Shown one piece after another: positions 1 to 8,283 of a DNA stretch of 13,585 nucleotides. A model generated the notes under the pieces. The model made no database searches. It was given only the letters and a program-made list of their open reading frames with translations, and was not told the DNA's origin. Position numbers and translations under genes: made by a program. The stretch's first letter is position 1; every line of letters starts with the position of its first letter. The stretch comes from Deltaproteobacteria bacterium TL4 (GTDB lineage Bacteria; SAR324; NAC60-12): positions 1-13,585 of the forward strand of contig JBBCAX010000311.1 in the NCBI GenBank assembly GCA_051382335.1, in the 5' to 3' direction.

Positions 1-54
1 ATATAGAAGAATATTTCATAATATCAATATAATACCAAACCTAATTCCTAGTAC

Positions 55-155
55 TATAGCAAGTTTTTTTAGAAATGAACAGCCCTGGGCTCCTCCTACT
101 CGATCAGGCGGGACGCCTACGCTTCCAGTCCAAAATACTTTTCTGAAACACTATA
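55..155. mobile_element. MITE-like element copy A (degenerate), same family as 8011-8115 and 8112-8217
   Basis: 3' part CAGGCGGGACGCCT...CCAGTCCAAAATACTTTTCTGAAACACTATA is nearly identical to 8065-8115. Bounded by TATAG (55) and CTATA (151-155). The first internal hairpin is decayed. Confidence 0.7.
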
Positions 156-372
156 GCTGCAGCTTTGTTTTGCATTGTACTTGTTCCCGGGTTGGTTTAT
201 GCTGCACCAATGGGGTTCTGTTTTACCAAAATCTCTTGGGTTGCGCTGTTTATCGGATATCCCTCTTAACATCTGTTTTATTTCCCTTTGAAGCGTTTTA
301 AATGGTACGGGTATGGTTTTCCCGACTGTATCAATTTTTATTCTGTTAATACAATTTATTTTGGAGTTTTCA

Positions 373-1377
373 ATGTGGGCAGAAAATAAAAAGAAAGATT
401 TAGAATCTGCTATTTCACTGATCGAACGCCAATACGGAAAAGGGGCGGTGATGCGTCTTGATGATTCAACGTTCACTCAGACTCCTTCCGTCACTACGGG
501 CATCATTGGATTAGACATAGCATTGGGAATTGGCGGATTTCCCAAAGGAAGAATTATTGAAATATACGGCCCCGAATCTTCAGGGAAAACAACCTTGGCA
601 CTTATGGTTGTCGCTGAAGTTCAAAAAGCTGGTGGCGTTGCCGCTTTTATCGATGCGGAACATGCCTTAGATCGAAACAACGCAAAATCCCTGGGTGTTC
701 AAATCAATGACCTCTTATTGGCTCAGCCAGACTATGGGGAGCAAGCTCTTGAGATTGCAGAGCAACTGGTTTCCGTGGGAAAAGTAGATATAGTAGTAGT
801 AGATTCCGTTGCTGCCCTTGTTCCTAAAAATGAATTAGATGGTGAAATGGGTGATTCCCATATGGGTTTACATGCTCGTTTGATGTCTCAGGCGCTTCGA
901 AAACTCACTTCCTCCGTTTCAAAATCGAATACAATATTTATTTTCATTAATCAGTTACGCTCAAAAATTGGAGTCGTTTTTGGAAGTCCTGAAACAACAA
1001 CCGGTGGAAACGCACTGAAGTTTTATGCTTCAATTCGTTTGGATATTCGTAAATCATCTCCCATCAAATCAGGAGAAGACATAACCGGTCAACGTATCAA
1101 AGTTAAAGTTGCCAAAAACAAAATGGCTCCCCCTTTTCGTAGTACTGAATTTGATCTTATCTATGGGGAAGGCGTCTCCAAAACCGGTAATCTTTTGGAT
1201 CAAGCCGTTACTGATAATGTCGTTCAGAAAAGTGGTACTTGGTATTCTTATGACAAAGAGCGATTAGGACAGGGAAGGGAAAAAGCGGAAGTCTTTCTTA
1301 AAGAACATCCTGAAATGGCTTCAGAGATTCAAAAGAAAATTTTTGAAATCCATAATCTAACCCCTTCTACTAAGTAA
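373..1377 (+). CDS. recA: Recombinase RecA
   Basis: [16 protein letters not shown]alker [41 protein letters not shown] and KNKMAPPF motifs. Start placed at ATG 373 (GGAG at 363-366) rather than 313. Confidence 0.99.
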   Translation: MWAENKKKDLESAISLIERQYGKGAVMRLDDSTFTQTPSVTTGIIGLDIALGIGGFPKGRIIEIYGPESSGKTTLALMVVAEVQKAGGVAAFIDAEHALDRNNAKSLGVQINDLLLAQPDYGEQALEIAEQLVSVGKVDIVVVDSVAALVPKNELDGEMGDSHMGLHARLMSQALRKLTSSVSKSNTIFIFINQLRSKIGVVFGSPETTTGGNALKFYASIRLDIRKSSPIKSGEDITGQRIKVKVAKNKMAPPFRSTEFDLIYGEGVSKTGNLLDQAVTDNVVQKSGTWYSYDKERLGQGREKAEVFLKEHPEMASEIQKKIFEIHNLTPSTK

Positions 1378-1424
1378 TGGCACATAAATAACTTACCCAT
1401 TTGGCTATCTGCTTGAAATTAGAG

Positions 1425-1497
1425 TCAAAACCTCCGAGAATATTCTATTCGTAGCAAGAGTAGAATATTCAATTTTGAAAACAAAAGGAGGTTTTGA
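1425..1497. other. Nested inverted repeats downstream of recA (possible terminator, RNA structure or IS-end remnant)
   Basis: TCAAAACCTCC (1425-1435) pairs with GGAGGTTTTGA (1487-1497); GAATATTCTA (1438-1447) pairs with TAGAATATTC (1461-1470). Confidence 0.5.
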
Positions 1498-1742
1498 TCT
1501 AGTACATAGTCAGTTTTAAATTTTCGGGTAAAGTCGTTTTAATTTAATTCTCGCATCTTCTGTGGTAAACCGCCAAGTCATAGGGGCAGAAGCATTATAG
1601 TGGTCAAGAAAAGTTTTGTCCCTTGGTATAGTTTGTGCCGAATGCCTATCTGAAAAACATATATTTTTTTACACTAAGGGAGGTTCTGTTCCAAAAAGAA
1701 GATTCAGATTTTTTTTGATAAACACAAAACAGGTTTTAAAAT

Positions 1743-1985
1743 CTATGCGGCGAGATCGAAAACCTGGAGGAGTTGGGTTTCATAGTAATCACAGATCTCT
1801 TGCAATCGCTCATTTTCTTTTTTCATAATGGGTGTGAGATCATATTGTCCCTCGTTCAATCTATCAAGAACGTTTTGTAGATCTCGCCTCAATAAGCCAT
1901 TGGTTTTCCAGCAACGATTGTGAGTAAATTCGCCTTTAAACCATTTCCATAAACGTTCAATGGGATTAAAATCCGGAGAATAGGC
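1743..1985 (-). pseudogene. IS630-family transposase, C-terminal fragment
   Basis: AYSPDFNPIERLWKWFK matches the DDE_3 (L)PxYSPxLNPIExxW motif. The upstream part is replaced by the 39-bp array. A candidate IS end, TAGTCAGTTTTAAATT, starts near 1507. Confidence 0.85.
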
Positions 1986-2216
1986 AGTGGTGCGCTCGCT
2001 TCGCTTAAGCGGCACCCTACCTTAAGTGGTGCGCTCGCTTCGCTTAAGCGGTACCTTACCTTAAGTGGTGCGCTCGCTTCGCTTAAGCGGTACCTTACCT
2101 TAAGTGGTGCGCTCGCTTCGCTTAAGCGGTACCTTACCTTAAGTGGTGCGCTCGCTTCGCTTAAGCGGCACCCTACCTTGAGTGGTGCGCTCGCTTCGCT
2201 TAAGCGGCACCCTGCC
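1986..2216 (-). repeat. Tandem array of six 39-bp GTAG-type REP-like units
   Basis: Plus-strand unit AGTGGTGCGCTCGCTTCGCTTAAGCGG(C/T)ACC(C/T)TACCTTA starts at 1986, 2025, 2064, 2103, 2142 and 2181. The minus strand reads GTAG-GGTGC...GCACC, a hairpin with an internal CGCTTAAGCG palindrome. Confidence 0.9.
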
Positions 2217-2281
2217 AGGGTTCCTGCAAACCCCCTAAAATCCAGCGTTTATTTAGGAAAGATGTTATTTTAAAGACTCCG

Positions 2282-4714
2282 TCACTGATCGGCAAAACAA
2301 ATTTTGAGAACTTGCTCAAAGTCTTTAATGAAATGGGTTTGAATTCCACTTTTGATATAATCTTCCAATTCATCAAAATCCATTCGATTGTCCTCAGGAA
2401 AAATAATATTCTTGAGCTTGGCCCTTTTGGCTGCAAGTAATTTTTCCTTAACCCCTCCAATGGGCATCACTAACCCGTTCAAGGTCAATTCTCCAGTCAT
2501 TGCAATTCCTGGAAGTAAAGGTTGGTTGATCGCTAAGGAATACAAGGCACAGGCCATAGTGATTCCTGCTGAGGGACCATCCTTGGGCGTTGCTCCTGCG
2601 GGGACATGCAAATGAATGAAATGCTGATTAAAAAAGTCCTTAGCTTGATCGTGTTTATCCAGGTATGAGCGTACGAAAGTGTAAGCGATTTCGGAGGATT
2701 CAACCATGACATCACCTAATTGTCCTGTTTGTTTAAATCCCAGATCCTTGGCCGCGACTTGAGTGGCCTCAATATAAAGGGTCGCTCCTCCCAAGCTGGT
2801 ATAGGCGAGTCCGCAGACCACACCAATCCTCGGTTTTTTATAGAGCTGATCTTCTTCAAACATCTTCCTGCCAAGCAATTGGGGCAGCTGCTCCGGTTGA
2901 ATTAAGATTTTTTGAAGTCCCTCCTCCACCATAAGTTTGGTGGATTTTCGGATGATTTTCTTGAGCTGATTTTCCAAGCCTCTCACACCCGCTTCTCTGG
3001 CATAGCCATCAATGATCAGCCGCAAGACGTCCGTAGGGATTTTAAATTGCTTAGAGGTCAAGCCATGTTGTTTTAATTGTTTGGGAAGCAGATGCTTTTT
3101 TGCGATTTGAATCTTGTCTTCCAAAATGTAACCGGACAACTTAATCACTTCCATGCGGTCTAGTAAGGGGCCAGGAATGGTTTCCAGTTGATTCGCCGTA
3201 CAAATAAACAAAACTTTGGACAAATCAAAACGAACATCCAAGTAATGATCCAGAAAATCCTGGTTTTGCTCAGGATCAAGCACTTCCAATAAGGCCGATG
3301 CGGGATCTCCTTGAAAACTTGCGCCTATTTTATCCACCTCATCCAACATGATGATAGGGTTTGCGGTTTTGCACATTTTTATCGCATTGAGAAACTTTCC
3401 AGGCAGTGCGCCAATATACGTGCGTCGGTGTCCTTTGATTTCCGCTTCATCCCGCATTCCGCCTAAGGAAAATCTGAAAAAACGGCGGCCTATGGCTTTG
3501 GCGATGGATTGACCTACGGATGTTTTTCCAACGCCGGGGGGGCCGACCAGCAGAATAATTGAACCCGAGATCTCGCCTTTCGTTTTACCCACCGCAATGA
3601 ATTCCAAGATCCGCTCCTTCACATCTTTCAAGCCATAATGATCCCGATTCAAGCACCGTGCGGCTTTGACCAGATCATACTGGTCCTTGGAGTAACGTCC
3701 CCAAGGAAGAATGGTCAACCAGTCCAGGTAAGCTCGTGTCACATTATACTCTGGCGATACCGTATCCAGGTATTGAAGTTTCTGCATCTCTTCTTTGACA
3801 CGCTCACTGGCTTCTTCTGTCAAAGTGAGTTGTTTTAAACGTTTTGTGAATAACTCCAGCTCCGTGTCTTTTCCTTCCTTGGTCAATCCGAGCTCTTTTT
3901 TAATCTCTTTTAATTGTTCTTTTAAGAAAAATTCCCGTTGTTGAGAAGACAGCCGATCTTCAATTCGTTTGTTGATTTTTACCTGAAGTCTTGAAATTTC
4001 GACTTCTTTTTTAAGTAAAATCAAAACCTGTTCAATCCGGGAACGGATACTTTTGGTTTCCAAAATAACTTGCAGTTCTTTCCCGGATCCTGAGGTCATA
4101 AACGCTGAAAAATCGGCCAAGGTTCCAGGATCATTGACATTCAGTTGACTGATGAGTAAATTCAACTCCTCCTGAACTAAGGGTTTCATTTGGATCAGCT
4201 CTTTCATACAATCAATAATGGAAATCGAGTAGGCTTTCAACTCTGCGTTATTTTCCATATCAACAGAATGCCAATAATCTACCCGGGCTTTGAACAAAGG
4301 AGCTTCCCCTATCAATTCCACAATTTCAAAACGTTCCTGTAATTGTAAAATAAGATGCAGAGGCTGATTTTTATCAAATTGACGGAATTGGACAATCTTT
4401 CCCACCACACCCACTCGGTGTAAATCGTCAACGGAGGCTATTTGCTGAGGCTCCGCTTCCGGATCTATTTTCGCTAATACCAGGCCCAAATAGCCTGGCG
4501 TTGCCTCAAGAGCCTCCAAAATTATTTTTTTCATCCTTTTTTCCACAATCACTAACGGAGTCATCATTTTGGGAAATACAGGACGATTAAAAATAGGAAA
4601 GATCAGTAAAAGGGGTGGAAAAATTTCGCCTGAGACCACAATGGACTTGTCTTCGGAAAGGTCTTTGGAGGATTCGTCAATAATCGCTTCGGCTTGCCTC
4701 AAATCACTGGACAT
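2282..4714 (-). CDS. lon: ATP-dependent Lon protease (endopeptidase La)
   Basis: N-terminal LON substrate-binding domain, GPPGVGKTS Walker A, MLDEVDK Walker B, GHRRTYIGA pore loop, PKDGPSAG catalytic Ser and IGGVKEK catalytic Lys; 810 aa. Confidence 0.98.
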   Translation of the reverse strand: MSSDLRQAEAIIDESSKDLSEDKSIVVSGEIFPPLLLIFPIFNRPVFPKMMTPLVIVEKRMKKIILEALEATPGYLGLVLAKIDPEAEPQQIASVDDLHRVGVVGKIVQFRQFDKNQPLHLILQLQERFEIVELIGEAPLFKARVDYWHSVDMENNAELKAYSISIIDCMKELIQMKPLVQEELNLLISQLNVNDPGTLADFSAFMTSGSGKELQVILETKSIRSRIEQVLILLKKEVEISRLQVKINKRIEDRLSSQQREFFLKEQLKEIKKELGLTKEGKDTELELFTKRLKQLTLTEEASERVKEEMQKLQYLDTVSPEYNVTRAYLDWLTILPWGRYSKDQYDLVKAARCLNRDHYGLKDVKERILEFIAVGKTKGEISGSIILLVGPPGVGKTSVGQSIAKAIGRRFFRFSLGGMRDEAEIKGHRRTYIGALPGKFLNAIKMCKTANPIIMLDEVDKIGASFQGDPASALLEVLDPEQNQDFLDHYLDVRFDLSKVLFICTANQLETIPGPLLDRMEVIKLSGYILEDKIQIAKKHLLPKQLKQHGLTSKQFKIPTDVLRLIIDGYAREAGVRGLENQLKKIIRKSTKLMVEEGLQKILIQPEQLPQLLGRKMFEEDQLYKKPRIGVVCGLAYTSLGGATLYIEATQVAAKDLGFKQTGQLGDVMVESSEIAYTFVRSYLDKHDQAKDFFNQHFIHLHVPAGATPKDGPSAGITMACALYSLAINQPLLPGIAMTGELTLNGLVMPIGGVKEKLLAAKRAKLKNIIFPEDNRMDFDELEDYIKSGIQTHFIKDFEQVLKICFADQ

Positions 4715-4855
4715 AAATTTACCCTTTATAGAATACGAATGGAATTATATTGTTGATCTTTGATCCATGGATTTGCTAACGACATGATAATGAGTTCAAT
4801 CACATGGTGATAATGTATTAGTATGGTGACAAATATCAATCAAAATGGGAAAAAG

Positions 4856-5068
4856 ATGGGAAAAAAATTTAAAATAGCATGGGGAGTATGGATTGGCTGT
4901 TGTTTGATTTCGAGTGTGTGTTTTGCCTCTAAATCAACTTATGTCATTGGGGTGGAAGATTTAAATTACTATCCCCAATATAACACAACCTCAACACAAG
5001 ACTATGTTGGATACGCACGGGAGTTTTTTGACGCTTTCGCAAAGTCAAAAGGAAAATATGCGTACTGA
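4856..5068 (+). pseudogene. N-terminal fragment of an extracellular solute-binding protein (family 3-like)
   Basis: Signal peptide MGKKFKIAWGVWIGCCLISSVCFA, then YVIGVEDLNYYPQY...YVGYAREFFDAFAKSKG, typical of the start of SBP_bac_3-like proteins. Ends after ~70 aa. Confidence 0.65.
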
Positions 5069-5351
5069 ACAACAACAACGTCAAGTCGATCAATTGACTT
5101 CAAAAATGGCTCTCTATCAGTTCGATACCTGTCCTTTTTGTATGAACGTCAAATATGTCATTAAGTCCTTGAACCTGAATATTGAAATGCGAAACATTCA
5201 TAAAGATCGAACTCACTTGAAGGACCTGATTGAAGGTGGCAGGAAAGAAACCGTGCCTTGTTTAAGGATTGAGAAAGAGGATGGTTCTGTCCAATGGATG
5301 TATGAATCTCTCGAGATCATTGCCTATTTACAAAAACAATTCCGTTCATAG
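5058..5351 (+). CDS. Glutaredoxin-family protein (possibly 5'-truncated)
   Basis: LYQFDTCPFC redox motif, TVPCLRI cis-Pro motif and MYESLEIIAYL. Start taken as ATG 5058. Confidence 0.88.
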   Translation: MRTEQQQRQVDQLTSKMALYQFDTCPFCMNVKYVIKSLNLNIEMRNIHKDRTHLKDLIEGGRKETVPCLRIEKEDGSVQWMYESLEIIAYLQKQFRS

Positions 5352-5364
5352 GGATGCTGCTTTG

Positions 5365-5530
5365 ATTAGAATTGCTCTGCGTCCCGTTCTTTTAAACTTA
5401 CTCAAACCTACCCATAGGTACGTTTGACGTTAAATTCCTGCTTCATAGAGGTCAGTTTCACGTCGCAGCCTTCAGCTACTACGTCAGCGCTCACCTCTCC
5501 ACAGGCTTTAGGCTTGGGCGGAACTCGCCC
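5365..5530 (-). ncRNA. Predicted TnpB omega-RNA (scaffold overlapping the tnpB 3' end and right end, guide from the flank)
   Basis: Location follows established TnpB biology. Minus strand GCCTGTGGAGAGGT...GTGAAACTGACCTCTATGAAGCAGGAA has self-complementary segments (CCTG/CAGG, AGAGGT/ACCTCT). Boundaries approximate. Confidence 0.6.
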
Positions 5531-6592
5531 TACCTGTTCCAAATTACGTGCGGCATTAACATCGCGGTCATGCTGAGTACCGCATGAGGGACACGTCCAT
5601 TGACGCATGGACAAAGGCAACTCATCCAGTTTGTAATGACATTGTGCGCAGGTCTTGCTTGAAGCAAACCAACGGTCAGCCACAACAAGGCGATTGCCAT
5701 GCATAGCCGCTTTATATTCGAGTTGCCGACGAAACTCGAAAAAACCCATATCGGCAACAGAACGTGATAAATGCCGATTCTTCATCATGCCCTTGACGTT
5801 GAGGTCTTCAATAACAATCACTCCAAAACGTTGCGTTAAGTCCGTCGTGAGCTTGTGCAAGGCATCCTGTCGGATGTTGGCAATTCTGGCATGCAAGCGC
5901 GAGAGTTGACGTTTGGCCTTACTCCGGTTTTTAGAACCTTTCTGTTTGTTGCTCAAAGAGCGAGACAGACGGCGTAGGCGTTTCAACAAGACACGATGGG
6001 GTTTTGGGCCTTCAAGGGTTTCTCCCGTAGAGAGTGTGGCTTGAGCCTTCAAGCCTAAATCCACGCCCACCACCGCTTGGTTTTCGCAGGTTACAGGTTG
6101 GATTTCGCTTTCGACAGTCAGGCTAACAAACCAGCGGTTCGCTACGCGGGAGATCGTGGCAGACATTAATTTTCCAGGGAAGCGGAGGGATTCATGCATT
6201 TTCACCCATCCGAGTTTTGGAATTTGAATGAACGATTCTTTGACACGGAATTGGTCATTGGTGAGGCTGAAACTGTCATGAATGCCTTTTTTCTTGAAGG
6301 TGGGGAATTGGGATCGACCCGCAAAAAAGTTTTGGAAGGCGTTGCCCAAATGAATGATGGCCATTTGAGGCGCATTCTTGGTGACTTCCAGCATCCAGGG
6401 AAATTGTTCCGCCTTGATGCTGTTGAGTTGGCGGCGCAAAGAGGTTTCTGTAGGCTTGAGTCCCGCCTCATAGTGAGCTTTCCACTCGGTCAACGCCCAG
6501 TTGTAAGCAAAGCGAGCCACACCACTTGCTTTGGCAAAGTAGGTAGATTGTTGGTTGTTAGGATCCAGCGCTATCTTGTGACTGATCAGCAT
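5408..6592 (-). CDS. tnpB: RNA-guided endonuclease TnpB (IS607-associated)
   Basis: N-terminal GVARFAYNWAL; RuvC motifs GVDLG, IEDL and DRDVNAARN; zinc ribbon CAQC...CPSC; 394 aa. Confidence 0.96.
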   Translation of the reverse strand: MLISHKIALDPNNQQSTYFAKASGVARFAYNWALTEWKAHYEAGLKPTETSLRRQLNSIKAEQFPWMLEVTKNAPQMAIIHLGNAFQNFFAGRSQFPTFKKKGIHDSFSLTNDQFRVKESFIQIPKLGWVKMHESLRFPGKLMSATISRVANRWFVSLTVESEIQPVTCENQAVVGVDLGLKAQATLSTGETLEGPKPHRVLLKRLRRLSRSLSNKQKGSKNRSKAKRQLSRLHARIANIRQDALHKLTTDLTQRFGVIVIEDLNVKGMMKNRHLSRSVADMGFFEFRRQLEYKAAMHGNRLVVADRWFASSKTCAQCHYKLDELPLSMRQWTCPSCGTQHDRDVNAARNLEQVGRVPPKPKACGEVSADVVAEGCDVKLTSMKQEFNVKRTYG

Positions 6593-7229
6593 GGGTTAAG
6601 TCTCTTTGAGCAACCTGTACAGCCTGCTTGATGCCGTCCAGCAATTTTTGGTTTTTATGGGAGCGGGAACCATAGAGCCGTGCGGAAAATACGGTGATGA
6701 TTTCCAGTACGTCTTTGGCAAGGTCTTCCTCGAAGGAGGCAGACTCGCCTTTGTTGAGGATCACGACTTCGACTTCTTTAGCCTCGCAAATAGCAAAGAC
6801 CAACTCAGCCCCGAACCGTAATAGACGGTCTTTATGCGTGATTACCAGTCGACCTACCGAGTTGGACAGGATCTCATTAAGCAGTTTACGCAAACCTTTT
6901 TTGTGATAGTTCATGACACTGCCTAAGTCTGATATCAGTTCAAACTTCCAGCCTTGGGAAGCACAGTACATTTCCAAGACTTGTTTCTGCCGTTCCAAGT
7001 CTGATTTTTGGTCATGGCTGGAGACACGAGCATAAGCGATTGTTTTTCGGTCGTTCGGGGTGGCCTCGTGAAAAAAATTGGGTTTTAGACGCGCTAAATT
7101 ATAGCGCCGTTGTCGCCCTACCGTGCGTTCGTCGGCTACTAATCGTCCTTCTTTTTCCCATCGCCGTAGTGTGGTCACGGCTACACCTAATGTTTTGGCG
7201 GCTTCGCCAATGGTTACTAATCTATCCAT
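6558..7229 (-). CDS. tnpA: IS607 serine-recombinase transposase TnpA
   Basis: N-terminal MerR-like HTH (IGEAAKTLGVAVTTLRRWE), YARVSS catalytic Ser, HKDRLLRFG and IITVFSARLYGSRS. Confidence 0.96.
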   Translation of the reverse strand: MDRLVTIGEAAKTLGVAVTTLRRWEKEGRLVADERTVGRQRRYNLARLKPNFFHEATPNDRKTIAYARVSSHDQKSDLERQKQVLEMYCASQGWKFELISDLGSVMNYHKKGLRKLLNEILSNSVGRLVITHKDRLLRFGAELVFAICEAKEVEVVILNKGESASFEEDLAKDVLEIITVFSARLYGSRSHKNQKLLDGIKQAVQVAQRDLTHADQSQDSAGS

Positions 7230-7384
7230 AATAGATAGATATAGATAGGTTTGAATAATTTCAAGTTAAACTGTTATTAACCCTCCTCTGTAACTTTTTC
7301 CCAAGGCCCAATACCCGTGCACGAAATTGGAACTTTAATTAATAAGCACCAAAATTACAGTAAGTTATATAACTACTGCAGAGC

Positions 7385-7499
7385 TTGGTCGTAAGTTCGG
7401 CCATTTTGATGGTAGCCCTGGGTTTCGTCCTAGGGGATACCGCGCACATTGTTCCTCGGGGCGAAACCCGAGGCTACCCCTGGCCGAAAATATGACCAA
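7385..7499. mobile_element. MITE-like element: GTAG REP doublet inside imperfect terminal inverted repeats
   Basis: Left end TTGGTCGTAAGTTCGGCCA versus reverse-complemented right end TTGGTCATATTTTCGGCCA (15/19). Inner GTAGCCCTGGGTTTCGTCCTAGG (from 7412) and inverted GTAGCCTCGGGTTTCGCCCCGAGG (ending 7477). Confidence 0.72.
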
Positions 7500-8010
7500 C
7501 CCTTTTGAAAGGGTGTCAAAACGGCAGTTGGATTAGGAAGTAACATCCTTTCCCAAACAGGCAAATGATGCGCAGTTTCTGAGCCATGATGGGGAATTTT
7601 AAAAAAAGAAGCTTTGTTATATAAAAAGGAATCCTTACGGAAACTGTTGTCAATAATGGCTGACCAGCCTTTGATGCCACTCTCTTCTAAATCCGCCCCT
7701 AACAGGATGGAAAAATCGTTGATTCTAACCCAAAGAACTACAGCAGTTCGGTTTGGAGAAATGGCAGGGATTCGCAAGATGGGTTTGTTGTCACCTTGAG
7801 GTAAAAGTAATACCAAGGTTTGTTTGGACGCTAGATTAATGGCATCTGAAGGGAACAGAGCATAAATCGAGCAATGCCTTGTATTACTAAAAGTGGATTG
7901 CCATAAACAACGGTCTGCCATGGCAAATAGTACCTTCTTTTTTTGGCTGCTTAGAAGTCTTACGATTTTCCCGAACTCTTGTACTCCGGAACTTTGCATG
8001 GGTATCATAT
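7498..8010 (-). pseudogene. Internal fragment of an MBL-fold (ComEC/Rec2-like) hydrolase
   Basis: Contains NRTAVVL, ILLGADLE and FKIPHHGS motifs but lacks the N-terminal HxHxDH region. Both ORF ends run into MITE sequence. Confidence 0.75.
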
Positions 8011-8115
8011 TATAGACTTTCAGATAAGTCTTTCCTGGGAACGCGGGCATCTTGCCCACAAAAGCAGGCGGGACGCCTGCGCTCCCAGTCCAAAATACTT
8101 TTCTGAAACACTATA
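8011..8115. mobile_element. MITE-like element copy B (REP doublet within TATAG-ended inverted repeats)
   Basis: Left TATAGACTTTCAGATAAGTCTTT versus reverse-complemented right TATAGTGTTTCAGAAAAGTATTT. Internal CTGGGAACGC...GCGCTCCCAG arms with hairpins GGGCA-TCT-TGCCC and GCAGGCG-GGA-CGCCTGC. Confidence 0.8.
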
Positions 8116-8217
8116 GTATTCCAGATAAGTTTTTTCCTGGGAACGAGGGCATCTTGCCCTCACCGGAGGGCGGGACGCCCTCACTCCCAGCCCAAAATAC
8201 TTTTCTGAAACACTATA
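8112..8217. mobile_element. MITE-like element copy C, in tandem with copy B and sharing TATA at 8112-8115
   Basis: TATAGTATTCCAGATAAG...CTTTTCTGAAACACTATA, with hairpins GAGGGCA-TCT-TGCCCTC and GAGGGCG-GGA-CGCCCTC. Confidence 0.8.
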
Positions 8218-8283
8218 TAATTCACTTGTTTGATAGTATTCAATAGCATATAATGCTTGTAACTACAATTACTCAGGTGAGTT

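Larger units (their letters stand above)
5384..7283 (-). mobile_element. IS607-family insertion sequence, apparently complete
   Basis: Overlapping tnpA and tnpB. The minus-strand right end finishes ...GTAAGTTTAAAAGAACGG and the left end begins GG(G)TTAATAACAG. Subterminal motif TTACTCAAACCTACCCAT (right end, plus strand) matches TTATTCAAACCTATCTAT (left end, minus strand). End positions are +/-1 nt. Confidence 0.88.

Noticed and set aside
160..372. LexA/SOS box upstream of recA
   Set aside because: No motif I could match confidently; only a weak TGTAT...ATACA dyad.
117..476. 119-aa minus-strand ORF
   Set aside because: Antisense to the recA 5' end, runs into a MITE, and has no recognisable motifs.
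1986..2216. CRISPR array
   Set aside because: Units are contiguous with no unique spacers, and there are no cas genes.
2200..4763. Short ORFs overlapping lon (2200-2460, 2388-2615, 2533-2715, 2720-2905, 3638-3838, 4569-4763)
   Set aside because: Shadow or alternate-frame ORFs of a conserved gene.
4780..4820. Fur box (TGATAATG twice)
   Set aside because: About 11/19 match to consensus in AT-rich DNA; more likely promoter -10-like elements.
5530..7231. Short ORFs overlapping tnpA/tnpB
   Set aside because: Shadow frames with no independent support.
5384..7283. IStron (group I intron fused to IS607)
   Set aside because: Only ~55 bp lie between the left end and the tnpA start, leaving no room for an intron core.
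8052..8246. 64-aa ORF with internal repeat
   Set aside because: It is simply the translation of two tandem MITE copies.
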